Assembly: GCA_951406725.2 (NCBI GenBank)
Contig: OX597826.1
Coordinates: 52,762,001 to 52,826,000 of the forward strand
Reading direction: 5' to 3'
Origin: Octopus vulgaris
Lineage: Eukaryota
Length of the DNA stretch: 64,000 bases
Made by a program: the position numbers and the translations under genes. Of this stretch, positions 1 through 10,548 are shown one piece after another. The notes beneath the pieces were generated by a model. The model had not been told where the DNA came from, did not search any database, and worked only from the letters and a program-made list of their open reading frames with translations. How positions within the stretch are numbered: the first letter of the stretch is position 1; the number at the start of each line of letters is the position of its first letter.

Positions 1-1034
1 ATTAAATATAGCATTTGATCACTTGTTTTCTTTATTCAAAGTTTGGACAGAATTTATGGGATGATCTGATAAAAGTTTTATGACAAGTTATTACTTCTAT
101 TTGTTATTACTTGTTACTTCTATTAAAAATAAATGTAAATCATTTAAAATATTTTTGCACTTCAAAAAATATTCATTTTTTCAATTATTAGCTAATAATT
201 ATAAATTTGAAAACAATTATAACAATAATAGTAGTACATGATTGGTTAGTACAAGAAATAGAATAATACATAAATTAGTTATATATTACAGAAAAATCTA
301 TCTATAACAACGAAGTCACAGTAAAATTTGCTTGAGTATTTGCCTAATATTGCCAAGTCTTCACATTTTTAGTCTTGACATAATGCCTATTTTTCACATA
401 ATGAATTTGCCTACCATTTATACTATTCTACTTTGAATAAAATTTTAGTTATATTGGGACTTCTGGCTCTCATTTTTTAAGTATTCTAGTGTGTCAATAT
501 TTTAACAAAATGATATTACCTTTTTTAATTATAATGTTACTTTGTAAATTAAAATCATAATTTTTAATATTCAAATTTTATCCTTATCTGCAAAATTTTA
601 AGTAAAAATTTTCTTGTTCTGTACTTTACCAGATGTAATAAGTTGTCCTGAACTTTTCCAAGAGTAATGACTTTTCCTATACTTTTCCAGGTTTATAATC
701 TTAAGAATATTATTTCTCTTGTTCGCATTTTCCCATGCAATCCATGTTTTTTCCCGGCTATGCTACTAAGCTAATTGATAATGTGTCAAAAGTGTCAATT
801 AGCGGTGTCCTTGATAAATTTTCCTTAACTTACCGGTGACATATATTAAAAATTCCCTTATAAAACTATATTCATAAAAAAAAGTATAGAACTATATTAT
901 CAACCTCAAATTTGAGAAACAAACACTCGTAACTTTTTTCTTTTGAAACTTCATTGCCTGAGATTGATATGAAATTCCTCGAATTGAGCTCTATCGTTTA
1001 AACTTAAATAAAATATAGTTTGTTTTTAAACAAA

Positions 1035-1085
<51 letters not shown>

Positions 1086-1089
1086 AATA

Positions 1090-2910
1090 TAACGGCATAG
1101 TTAATGTGTACCCTAGACTATGTGTTCTCATCTCTGGCCACGATTGATATTTTACCAGCGGAGCTTTGGCCGCGAGTGCGCAACCTCGGCACATTCTCGC
1201 CAAGTTTTCGATATCTCATCAGACCCTTCATCCTTGCCATTTCTGGATGTCCGCTGTGAAATTTGTTGTAGTACACCTTTTTTTTTTATGTAGTTGGAAC
1301 CACCATTGTTTGGGCATACATCAGAATATCGTCGCAAATTGAAAGACTGTCATCTGAATTTTTGTTCTGTTTATTTTTTAAACCTTTTTTTAAATTTTCC
1401 AAGTACGGGATTGCAAATTCATAATCAGATAACATAGTACCTATGATTTGCTGGAATATTGCTGGTGCCACTTTTAATCCAAAAGATAATCATGTGTATC
1501 TGTACAATCCTCTATGTGAATTTATTGTCAAATACATTGAACATATCTTATTTACTTTTATCTGTAAATAGGTTTCAGACAGATCTAATTTGGAAAAACA
1601 ATTCCACCATTTAACTTTAGAAAAATGTCCTCTGCAGTTGGGAGCGGATGGTGATACGCCTTAAAGCGGTCGCTCAATTCTGTAGAGAAATCGGCAAACA
1701 GCCTAATCATATTTTTTTAATATATACCGTGGTTATCACTCACTTCGAGCAATCCACTCTTTTCTAGTTTGTCCAACTCTTCATTTACAGTTTCAATTGC
1801 CACGAACGGTACTTTTCTGTTTGCTTTAAATACAGGTACTGCGTTTTCACTTACTTAGAAATAGGCTTCCCTCTTCCTACATAGACCTAAATCCTCTGAT
1901 AACACTTGCAGTAACATATTTTTCATTTTTTTCTTCAGTTCATCCGAAGACTTTTTTTTAACGAGACAACCATTTATGTTATTGCAGTAAAGATTTATGG
2001 GGAGGTGTCATAAATGAAATAGTTCTAACCAATCTGTGCCAAACAGATTGATTGTATTATCCACAACGAACAACTTTGCTTCACGTGTCTCTCCTCGAAA
2101 TTTTACGTCGATACATGTTTTGCCCATGAAATGTAATTTATCGGCCGTTACACCATGGACTATTTTCGCTGTTTTACGTTATATCGGTTTACCAATTTTT
2201 CCAAGTATCCGCATTTATAATCGAGATATCACTACCTGTGTCTAACTGTAATTTGGTATTCACGTCTTTTATCTTTTCATGCATAAATACTCTTGTTTTT
2301 CCGTTGCAATCACTCTCCGCTGTGTTTGAGCCTCGTACAATGAGAACTCTTGTGTCCCAGCTTCTGACAACAATAACACTTTTGTTTCTAAAAGGACAAT
2401 CCTTTTGAAGTGTATGCCTCTATAACCATAACACGCATTGGAGCCTGACACATCTTTTCACTGTGCTTTCCGGGACAACCCATTTAAATTTTTGCGGGGT
2501 CATTTATGTTATTGCAGTAAAGATTTATGGGGAGGTGTCATAAATCAAATAGTTCTAACCAATTTGTGCCAAACAGATTGATTGTATTATCCACAACGAA
2601 TAACTTTGCTTCACGTGTCTCTCCTCGAAATTTTACGTCGATACATGTTTTGCCCATGAAATGTAATTTATCGGCCGTTACACCATAGACTATTTTGTAT
2701 TTTTTGCACATCATATTTACGATTTACCTGGGTCACTTGCTCCATTTTCAAAAGAATCCTTTCCGGAATTTCTCTATCTTCAGGTGCCATAAGTCCTTGC
2801 ACGAAGATAAGTGATTTGAACATATCCTGAGTGAGACCCTGGAGTTTGAAATTTTCGCACGTACGGTTGACTACTCCAGCGTAGGTGATAAAATCATTCT
2901 CTCACTGAAT
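1090..2910 (-). mobile_element. Decayed Gypsy/Ty3 LTR retrotransposon internal region (gag, zinc knuckles, protease, RT, integrase Zn domain), K02A2.6-like
   Basis: Minus-strand translation gives gag-like FITYAGVVNRTCENFKLQ..FKSLIFVQGL (~2760-2900), knuckles CYGYRGIHFK/CYCCQKLGHKSSHC (~2335-2435), protease LQLDTGSDISII (~2220-2250), RT FSKLDLSETYLQ..HRGLYRY..GLKVAPAIFQQ (~1400-1620), and integrase FHSGHP..CRGCALAAK (~1090-1340). Many stops and frameshifts. Confidence 0.85.
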
Positions 2911-2988
2911 CTCAATTTTCAAACTTATTTATAATATATGTATGCATGTATGTATGTATGTATGTATGTATGTATGTATGTATGTATG

Positions 2989-3019
<31 letters not shown>

Positions 3020-3165
3020 GCATATATACATATATACATATGCATATATATAACATATACATATATATATATATATATGTATTATATATATGCATATATA
3101 TGTATATATAAATGTATATATGTATGTGTATGTATATATATAAATGTATATATATATACACACCT

Positions 3166-3520
3166 TGTTACCCCTAAAGAAATATTAACCCACCAATTAA
3201 TTTTCTATTCGAAAGAAAGGATGAACAGACAAGACCTTTGAAAAAGTTACCGTACGATAGATCTTGGTCCATGATTGATTTGGATTCTGCATTCCTGGGC
3301 CAAGTGGCTCTGTGTTACTTACGGTTAGAGAATTTATATGAATACTATCACATAACCAAACACAATCATTAAACGAAAAACACGGCTTTATTATATCCCA
3401 CCAAAGCTAATGCAGGTTGAGGCAAAATCCTTTGGGTGAAAGGTGACGCCATACTTCGTACGTATGCGTAAATTTTTCACCAACAGCTGTGTCAGTTCCT
3501 AGAAGTAACGCTTAGAGTAC
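3166..3520 (-). mobile_element. Possible 5' LTR remnant of the Gypsy element
   Basis: Lies upstream of gag on the minus strand, contains AATAAA, ends ...GGGGTAACA and is followed by a degenerate PBS-like AGGTG. No second LTR seen. Confidence 0.3.
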
Positions 3521-3529
3521 AAACATCTA

Positions 3530-4218
3530 GTGCGCGCTCGTCAAATTTTCGTTTTCACTCAAGATGACCGGACGCATCGAGCAGAGACTATAAACCCATA
3601 TCTCATCACCAGTGATGATCGTCATGAAATATGGGTCGTGGTCTGCACAGTGCAGCATGTCCTGAGTGATATCCATGCGGAGTGCTTCTGCTGTTCTCCC
3701 TGCAACTTTGAGGCCAATTTCGCCAACAGTCACTGCATGCGCAAATTTTCTGTTAAAATAGAATGCACCTCTCCTGTTAATATTTCCACCTTGTGAGCAA
3801 TTTCTTGGATTGCTACTCGACAGTCTTCCATGACTATTCGCCAAACCTTCTGGATCCGCTCCTCGTTTCGGTTTGTGGATGGCCTGCCAGAGCGGGTCTC
3901 GATCTACACCGAGGCACGGCCATGTTTCAAGCTGTTGTACCAGTCCTTGAGTTTTTCCGTGGCATCATTGCTGAAGGCTACTTGAATTCTGGGGGTAGCT
4001 TAAGTTTGAGTATTACCAAGCTTTTGGCAAACACAATGCACTAGCTGCGCATGACGCTGTTAGGTATAACAGCTGGGAGCTGAGGTGGCTTATCGGCGCA
4101 AAAGTTTTCAAGCATGCGCAGGTAAGGGTGGTGTCACGTTCCATCCAATGGATTATTCTCGTGCAGGTATATATTTGGCGGGAAAAATATTGTCGGATAC
4201 TTTTAGAACACACCACCT
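3530..4218 (-). mobile_element. Truncated mariner transposon (5' half)
   Basis: IITGDEIWVY first catalytic motif and mariner N-terminal HTH remnants. TIR-like end GGTGTGTTCTAAAAGTATCCGACA (minus) at ~4191-4214. Confidence 0.75.
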
Positions 4219-4352
4219 GTTCTTCTGTGTTAATTCGTCATACACCACTTAATTCCTATAGTGACGACTTCATTATATTTTCTCTCTCTACCTACCTTAA
4301 CATTTATATATTACCTATTCAAATTAAATAGTAAAATTAAATTAATATATTT

Positions 4353-4464
4353 CCATATCACGTTGAAAGCACCGGTTCTCGTCTGATCACCGAAGTTAAG
4401 CAACGTCGATCCTAGTCAGTACTTAGATGGGTGACCGCTTGGGAAACCTAGATGCAGTAAGCAT
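4353..4464 (+). pseudogene. 5S rRNA-derived sequence, 5'-truncated by ~8 nt (head of a retroposed element)
   Basis: CCATATCACGTTGAAAGCACCGGTTCTCGTCTGATCACCGAAGTTAAGCAACG...AGTACTTAGATGGGTGACCGCTTGGGAAACCTAGATGCAGTAAGCAT matches invertebrate 5S rRNA, including box A and box C. Single copy, not arrayed. Confidence 0.85.
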
Positions 4465-4535
4465 AGCACATTGCTTTTATCAGCGGTGGTGCCCCAGCAT
4501 GGCCGCGGCCTTTGGGCTAAAACATTTTTAAGGAT
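4353..4535 (+). mobile_element. Candidate 5S-headed SINE (SINE3-like) or 5S/SINE chimera
   Basis: The 5S head is followed by GGTGGTGCCCCAGCATGGCCGC, the same 3' tail as the window's tRNA-SINEs. Flanked by an imperfect direct repeat TTAAT(A/C)TATTT at 4342-4352 and 4536-4546. Confidence 0.55.
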
Positions 4536-5066
4536 TTAATCTATTTATTTTCTTTACATTATTTATTTTGCTTTATCTTGTTTTTATTTTACTTTATTTA
4601 CTTCAATTTAGGTAACCTTAATGTGTTATACTTCACTTTATTCGAATCTAAAGATAAATTAATATTTTATTCACTCCATATAAATTTACATTTTCAGTTC
4701 TACTTTTACAGCTGGCACCATTATAACCCGTTGAATCTAACCTCGGATCTCTTTTCTGCTCTACCCTATAGCCTACCAATAATATCTAGTACAATTCCCT
4801 CCCCACTAAACGCCCTGCTTGAATCACAATATTAACCTGCTATTGTCAGTAGACTTTATCTTGTTTACAGCTATGATACGATAACTCACCCTCTTTGTCT
4901 ATCTCATAATTCTAATCCAAACCGGAGGTCGCCACGCTTACTTGGGTTTTTGCCATTGCATATATGATCTTCGTGATACATTACTGCTGAAACTTCCCTT
5001 CCCTACTTAATTTAGTGCTGCCCCCCATTCCTCTCTCTCTCTCCTCTCCACACACACATACACACG

Positions 5067-5100
<34 letters not shown>

Positions 5101-5102
<2 letters not shown>

Positions 5103-5395
5103 AATTGATCAAAATAAAAACATGATGCCAAGGATTCAGCGGTACATATGTTTCGGGCCTTTATTAGACAGATTTATAACAATGCATAATGTATGTCTGT
5201 GGCCTTCTTCAGCCGCGCACAACAACTTCCACAAGGACATGTGTTACATCAAAAATTCTTGGTTGGGGATGAGGCCCGAAACATATGTACCGCTGAATCC
5301 TTGGCATCATGTTTTTATTTTGATCAATTTACTCCTCCACCTACACCACCAAACGGTATATACAGGTGCTTACAATTATCAAGTACTCACCCCGA

Positions 5396-5400
<5 letters not shown>
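5101..5400. mobile_element. Penelope-like terminal-repeat element with a perfect 60-bp inverted repeat, inserted in (TA)n
   Basis: 5101-5160 is the exact reverse complement of 5272-5331. (TA)n on both sides. Contains a hammerhead motif. Confidence 0.6.
5139..5216 (-). ncRNA. Type I hammerhead ribozyme, canonical core (Penelope-type)
   Basis: Minus strand reads GCGG-CTGAAGA-A-GGCC..(ACAGA..TCTGT loop)..GGCC-C-GAAA-C-ATAT-G-TA-CCGC. Stem I GCGG/CCGC, palindromic stem III ACATATGT, GUA cleavage triplet. Confidence 0.7.
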
Positions 5401-5425
<25 letters not shown>

Positions 5426-5426
<1 letters not shown>

Positions 5427-5612
5427 GCAATAATAATTCTCTAAAAGGGATATAGACAGTAACTGCTCGATAACATAAGGGACTAAAGCCATCTGAATAT
5501 GGCTAGGGACAGGGCAGGGTGGTGGGGGTGTTACTGTTGCATTTAGCCCCAGGCGAACATCGACGTCACCAGAAAGGCTCGACACCGTCACGGTGCCCTT
5601 AACCTGCAAAGG
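5426..5612 (-). repeat. Inverted 187-bp partial copy of the 360-bp repeat unit
   Basis: Reverse complement of 5889-6075. Lacks the hammerhead core. Confidence 0.95.
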
Positions 5613-5811
5613 TCCCCACCACCCTGCCCTGTCCCTAGCCATATTCAGATGGCTTTAGTCCCTTATGTTATCGAGCAGTTACTGTCTATATCCCTTTTAG
5701 AGAATTATTATTGCTTTCGAACAGATTTTCGAAATCAGCAAATGTATTTTGCTTGAAAATCTATATAAGAAAATCCTGCAGAGTGAGAATTCGTCGAGGA
5801 AGCGGAGGCCT

Positions 5812-5863
5812 ACCACACGCCGATGATAGGCAATACACCTTGAAACCATGGTCCGTGTGTGGT
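5812..5863 (+). ncRNA. Type I hammerhead ribozyme, copy 1 (variant core)
   Basis: ACCACACG-CCGATGA-T-AGG-CAATACA-CCT-T-GAAA-C-CATG-G-TC/CGTGTGTGGT. Predicted cleavage after C5853 (GUC). Stem III is the palindrome ACCATGGT. Core has U4C. Confidence 0.7.
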
Positions 5864-6171
5864 TTCCGCTTCATCGGGGAATTACCTCCCTTTGCAGGTT
5901 AAGGGCACCGTGACGGTGTCGAGCCTTTCTGGTGACGTCGATGTTCGCCTGGGGCTAAATGCAACAGTAACACCCCCACCACCCTGCCCTGTCCCTAGCC
6001 ATATTCAGATGGCTTTAGTCCCTTATGTTATCGAGCAGTTACTGTCTATATCCCTTTTAGAGAATTATTATTGCTTTCGAACAGATTTTCGAAATCAGCA
6101 AATGTATTTTGCTTGAAAATCTATATAAGAAAATCCTGCAGAGTGAGAATTCGTCGAGGAAGCGGAGGCCT

Positions 6172-6223
6172 ACCACACGCCGATGATAGGCAATACACCT
6201 TGAAACCATGGTCCGTGTGTGGT
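6172..6223 (+). ncRNA. Type I hammerhead ribozyme, copy 2 (variant core)
   Basis: Identical to 5812-5863, shifted by 360 nt. Predicted cleavage after C6213. Confidence 0.7.
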
Positions 6224-6388
6224 TTCCGCTTCATCGGGGAATTACCTCCCTTTGCAGGTTAAGGGCACCGTGACGGTGTCGAGCCTTTCTGGTGACGTCG
6301 ATGTTCGCCTGGGGCTAAATGCAACAGTAACACCCCCACCACCCTGCCCTGTCCCTAGCCATATTCAGATGGCTTTAGTCCCTTATGT

Positions 6389-6419
<31 letters not shown>

Positions 6420-7315
6420 CTGCCTCTTCTATAATAAAAAAGGCCAAACGAATTTCTGTGTGTCAGTGTGTCACACTTTGATCCACTCTCTCACTATCCA
6501 ATGACATTTCTTCTACTCCTCTTGCTGGGGTGAGAGTAATAGTAGGCATAGAGATGGTGAGGGCGGTAGGATATTGGCAGTTGAGATAGTAATGGGGTTA
6601 TAGTAATAGTATGAGCTGTAGTTGTGATAGAGGCGGAGGCGATGGTGATGGTGGTAGCTGAGACGGTCAAGCATGACGGTGGTAGTAAGGGATGTGAAAG
6701 ACAATGGTGATGATGATGGAGGGGAAGGCGGCGAAGTCAATGATGTTGAAGGTGGTGGCGTCAAAAGACTGAATGGTGTGTGTACGGCAGTTGTGTTGGC
6801 GATGGTGGCTGTACAGGTGATAATGATGGTTGAATACCATCAACAGAAAGAGAGAGAGGGGAGAGAGAGAGAGAGAGAAAGGTTAGACAGAAAAAAATTG
6901 TACACACCCCCGAATGTGAAGACAAAAAATACAAAACATGTTGTTTATCTTGAAGCTTTGCAATAAGTTCCAAGTCGACATGATATCATTGTTTTGACGA
7001 ACATTGTTCATTGCTTGAAAAATATTTGTCAAATTTAATATGTTAAGTGTCATTATTAGGCTCTATGCCCAATGAAGAACCCTCCACAGGAGCTAGCTTA
7101 AAGCCGCCCGATAGAGCAGCTTTTAAGCTAGTAAATTATGTACACCTTCACTCTATCAGTTATACTCTATCTACCTTCATTCGTCCATGATCATCTTTCC
7201 TTTACATTTGCCGTATTCCTCGCAAACCTCCCACTCGCAATCTACCCCATTCTCTCTTGTACGATGGAACTGCTAGCGACTAATATCCTTTATTATGGAT
7301 ATTCCTTCACCCTTC

Positions 7316-7401
7316 TTCTCTGAAGACGGCATAGTTGGTTTTTAAATGGAAATTTTCGCTCAATGAGATATGTACACCTGTTTTAGAAACAGCTGTAAGA
7401 A
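7316..7401 (+). ncRNA. Penelope-type hammerhead-like motif with long stem II insert
   Basis: TTCT-CTGAAGA-(59 nt)-GAAAC-AGCT-GTA-AGAA. Stem I TTCT/AGAA and palindromic stem III. Stem II is poorly paired. Confidence 0.45.
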
Positions 7402-7957
7402 ACGTTATACCGCAAGTTCTTACTCCCTTATTGCTCTGGCGACTTTACAATTATGTTTGAATTTACAAATTCTATATTCCAAAGTGATAATTTTAGGCAT
7501 ATATGTATATACAGAAAGACACACGTAGAAATAACTATCTATACGCATACATAAAATATGGATAGAATGTGTACGTTAATACAAATTGTGCAGATAAGAG
7601 ACGATAACGAACATAAACAGAAAGAAAGTGTAACAAGCAGAAAGTGATAGAAAGAAAAATCTAGAGAAAGAGAGGGGTGTAGTGGGGAGAGCGAGAGAAT
7701 TACTGTAAGAGAGAGGGGGGAAAGAGAAATCGGTCTTTTCAGGATTTTAGAAGGTCGTAAAAGCACCCAGCATAAGGATTCTAATCAGATTGACAAATAG
7801 CAAGTGTGTATAATGGAAGGAAAAAACTTAATACATATATAACATGTCTGAATAGATAGACAGAGAGTTTGCAGATATACACAAAGGAATATACCCAGAC
7901 ATTCACATTGGTATGGACTCTTAGACACTCGCATACAATCCTAGATACACACACACC

Positions 7958-7990
7958 GATTTGGTAAACGGAAACTGAAAGAAGCCCATC

Positions 7991-8028
<38 letters not shown>

Positions 8029-8259
8029 GTGTGTGTGTGTGTATTTGTGTGTGTGTCTGTGCTTGTTCTCCCATCATCGCTTGACAACTGATGTTGGTGT
8101 GTTTACGTCCCCCGTAACTTAGCGGTTTGGCAAAAAGGACTGATTGAATAAGTACTAGGCTTACAAAGAATAAGTCCTCCGGTCGATTTGTTCGAATAAA
8201 GGTGGTGCTCCTGCATGGCCGCAGTCAAATGACTGAAACAAGTAAATGAATAAACGAAT
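7958..8259 (+). mobile_element. tRNA-derived SINE body and tail, split by (TA)/(TG) microsatellite
   Basis: GATTTGGTA..CGGAAACTGAAAGAAGCCC..; tail GGTGGTGCTCCTGCATGGCCGCAGTCAAATGACTGAAACAAGTAAA. Family recurs at ~12381-12542, 15205-15320, 23240-23520, 42090-42250, 43070-43665, 46400-46560, 50180-50280 and 58150-58455. Confidence 0.85.
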
Positions 8260-8588
8260 ATATATATTTGTAACGTCCTCGAAGTGTAGAAAGAGTATTT
8301 CTAATGCAGCAATGAACCTGAGTTTTAGGCTATCTACACTGTCGGATTCCGGACTAATACTAAGATTCTTCAGATGTAAAAACTTTGTGTGAGTTTATCG
8401 GAGAATAAAATACAATCCAAATAAAAAGACAAAGGAAGACTTTAACACATCTTTAATGATCAGTCATAATTGTTTCTGCACCAGGTGTGCTTTCAACGTT
8501 AGTTCACGCCTAGTTTCAAAGTGAAATTGTATGCAATATTTGCGGTTTTAAACATTTGAGTAGCACATCCTTGGGCTAGCATCAAAAG

Positions 8589-8680
8589 CGCACTCTTACA
8601 TTGTGCCTTACAATGCGGTTTTAAACTGGACCTTACAATGCACTCTTAAACTGTACCTTACAATGCGCTCTCACATTGTG
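8589..8680. repeat. 25-bp minisatellite, about 3.7 copies
   Basis: CCTTACAATGCnnTnTnAnAnTGnn at 8606, 8631 and 8656, plus a partial upstream copy. Confidence 0.8.
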
Positions 8681-9225
8681 CTCAAGTACGTTGAGGAAGG
8701 CATCAAATCATACAGTTCGCTTTGAAGTTCGATACCAGAAACACCAATAAATCCGGGCATCAGTTATGTTTTAGATAGTATAACTTCAGTACACGACTTC
8801 ATTTTATTTCGCTGTAGGTTTTCTCTGTTGCTGTATTTACTTATATCTTTGTTTATATTACATAATCGTTCTTAACTTAATCGTTTTAATTTTTATTTTT
8901 TCCTTCTTCTTCTTCTTTTAAGCCCTCACGCTGAATTAGTTTCAACGAAATATCATTATCTGCATATCTGATAAATATTTATACGTTTATCCCCATGACG
9001 TGGTATATATTTTTCTTCTAATGTTGACTCTTGTTTATTTAAACACACGATCGGGGATCCGACAATGTCGCGCGCGTATGTATATACGTATGATTTTGTG
9101 CCTTTCTTTCCCATTTCTGAGCAATAACAAAGAGTTTCACGGGCCGGGAGTTACGCGCATAGCGCTTATCAAGCATGATAAGAGACTATAGGCCCTTTAA
9201 TCGCACTGTAATTTCTGCCGATTAA

Positions 9226-9270
<45 letters not shown>

Positions 9271-9336
9271 CATACATACATACATACATACATCATACAT
9301 ACATACACGCACGTATACATACATATATGCACACAG

Positions 9337-9377
<41 letters not shown>

Positions 9378-9578
9378 GGGACAGAGAGAGAGAGAGAGAG
9401 AGACTGAGAGAGAAAGAGAGATTCGACCGATACTTTCTTCGATGATAATTCATGTGTAGAATCCGTTTTACAAAGCCTATGATAAATTAGCATACAATAC
9501 ATTCACTGGTCTTGTGTACAGTCTCCCTTAACTTAACACACATACATACACACTCATTTATATATAAGGTATATATAA

Positions 9579-9625
<47 letters not shown>

Positions 9626-9630
<5 letters not shown>

Positions 9631-10494
9631 TATTTTTCAGAATGAGATAAAAATGAGTGTGAAGATTTTAGAACATTTATAACTAGAAGGTCTTACAGCT
9701 GTTTACAGGATATATATTATATCCCTTCATCGGAGAGAGTGTGAGAAAATGGTTAAGCAATAGGTAAATTTAGATAAGATACGAAATAGAGTGAAGTGGA
9801 GGAATGAAAATCCAATAGTATCTAAAATTGGTCATTCCAATATAGAGTTTGTACACAGTGCTAATGAATCAAGGGTTTTATTTAAAGTACCCTAAAAGTA
9901 CGGAATGTTTTTGCAAGGTCAAATCGAAAACAGGAAGAGAGGAATAAAGAAAAGAAAGAAAAAAAAGGAAAAAGAAAAACAAAGTGAGAGATAAGAGAAC
10001 GTGTACCAGTTAGTGGTCAGTCAAGATAATTTGAAAGTAGGAATGGGGAGATGAGGGTGATAGAGAGAGAAAGGTATTAGAGAGTAAAAAAGATGATAGA
10101 GAGATGATAGAGGGGTGATAGAGAGAGAGAGGTAAAAAAGTAAAGGAGTATCAGTTAAGTAGTGATAGAGTCTAAGTGATGGGGCAGAGAGAGGGGTAGT
10201 AGTATGAAATGAATTTAGGAATATAGATTAGGTGGTTGGACAGGTCACTGCTTAGTAATAGAAGAAAAAATATATATGAAGATTTATACATATGTATAAA
10301 TTAGACATGTATATATATATATTTATACAGATGTTTATACATATCAATATCTACATATAAAATTCGTATGCATGTGTAAATGTACACATGCACACCTATA
10401 TGTAGATGTATCTGTATGTATTATCGCCCCTGTATACGCAGGTATGCATACCTTGCATACATACATACATTCACACATACATGCATACACGCAT

Positions 10495-10548
<54 letters not shown>

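Larger units (their letters stand above)
5614..6390 (+). mobile_element. 360-bp tandem repeat (about 2.2 identical copies) with hammerhead ribozymes: candidate non-LTR retrozyme
   Basis: Units 5614-5973 and 5974-6333 are identical line by line, with a partial third copy at 6334-6390. One hammerhead fold per unit, no credible coding capacity, (TA)n flanks. Confidence 0.75.

Noticed and set aside
4353-4464. Functional 5S rRNA gene
   Set aside because: Missing the first ~8 nt, solitary, joined to a SINE tail and flanked by a TSD-like repeat.
5895-5975. Second ribozyme (twister or HDV-like) in the 360-bp unit, suggested by TTAA..GGTGTCGAGCC and GGGCTAA
   Set aside because: I could not build the required pseudoknots or P1 pairing by eye. 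Only simple hairpins are supported.
5711-6434. Repeated 63-87 aa ORFs in the 360-bp repeat
   Set aside because: Short, non-ATG or overlapping, with no motifs. The sequence is better explained by RNA structure.
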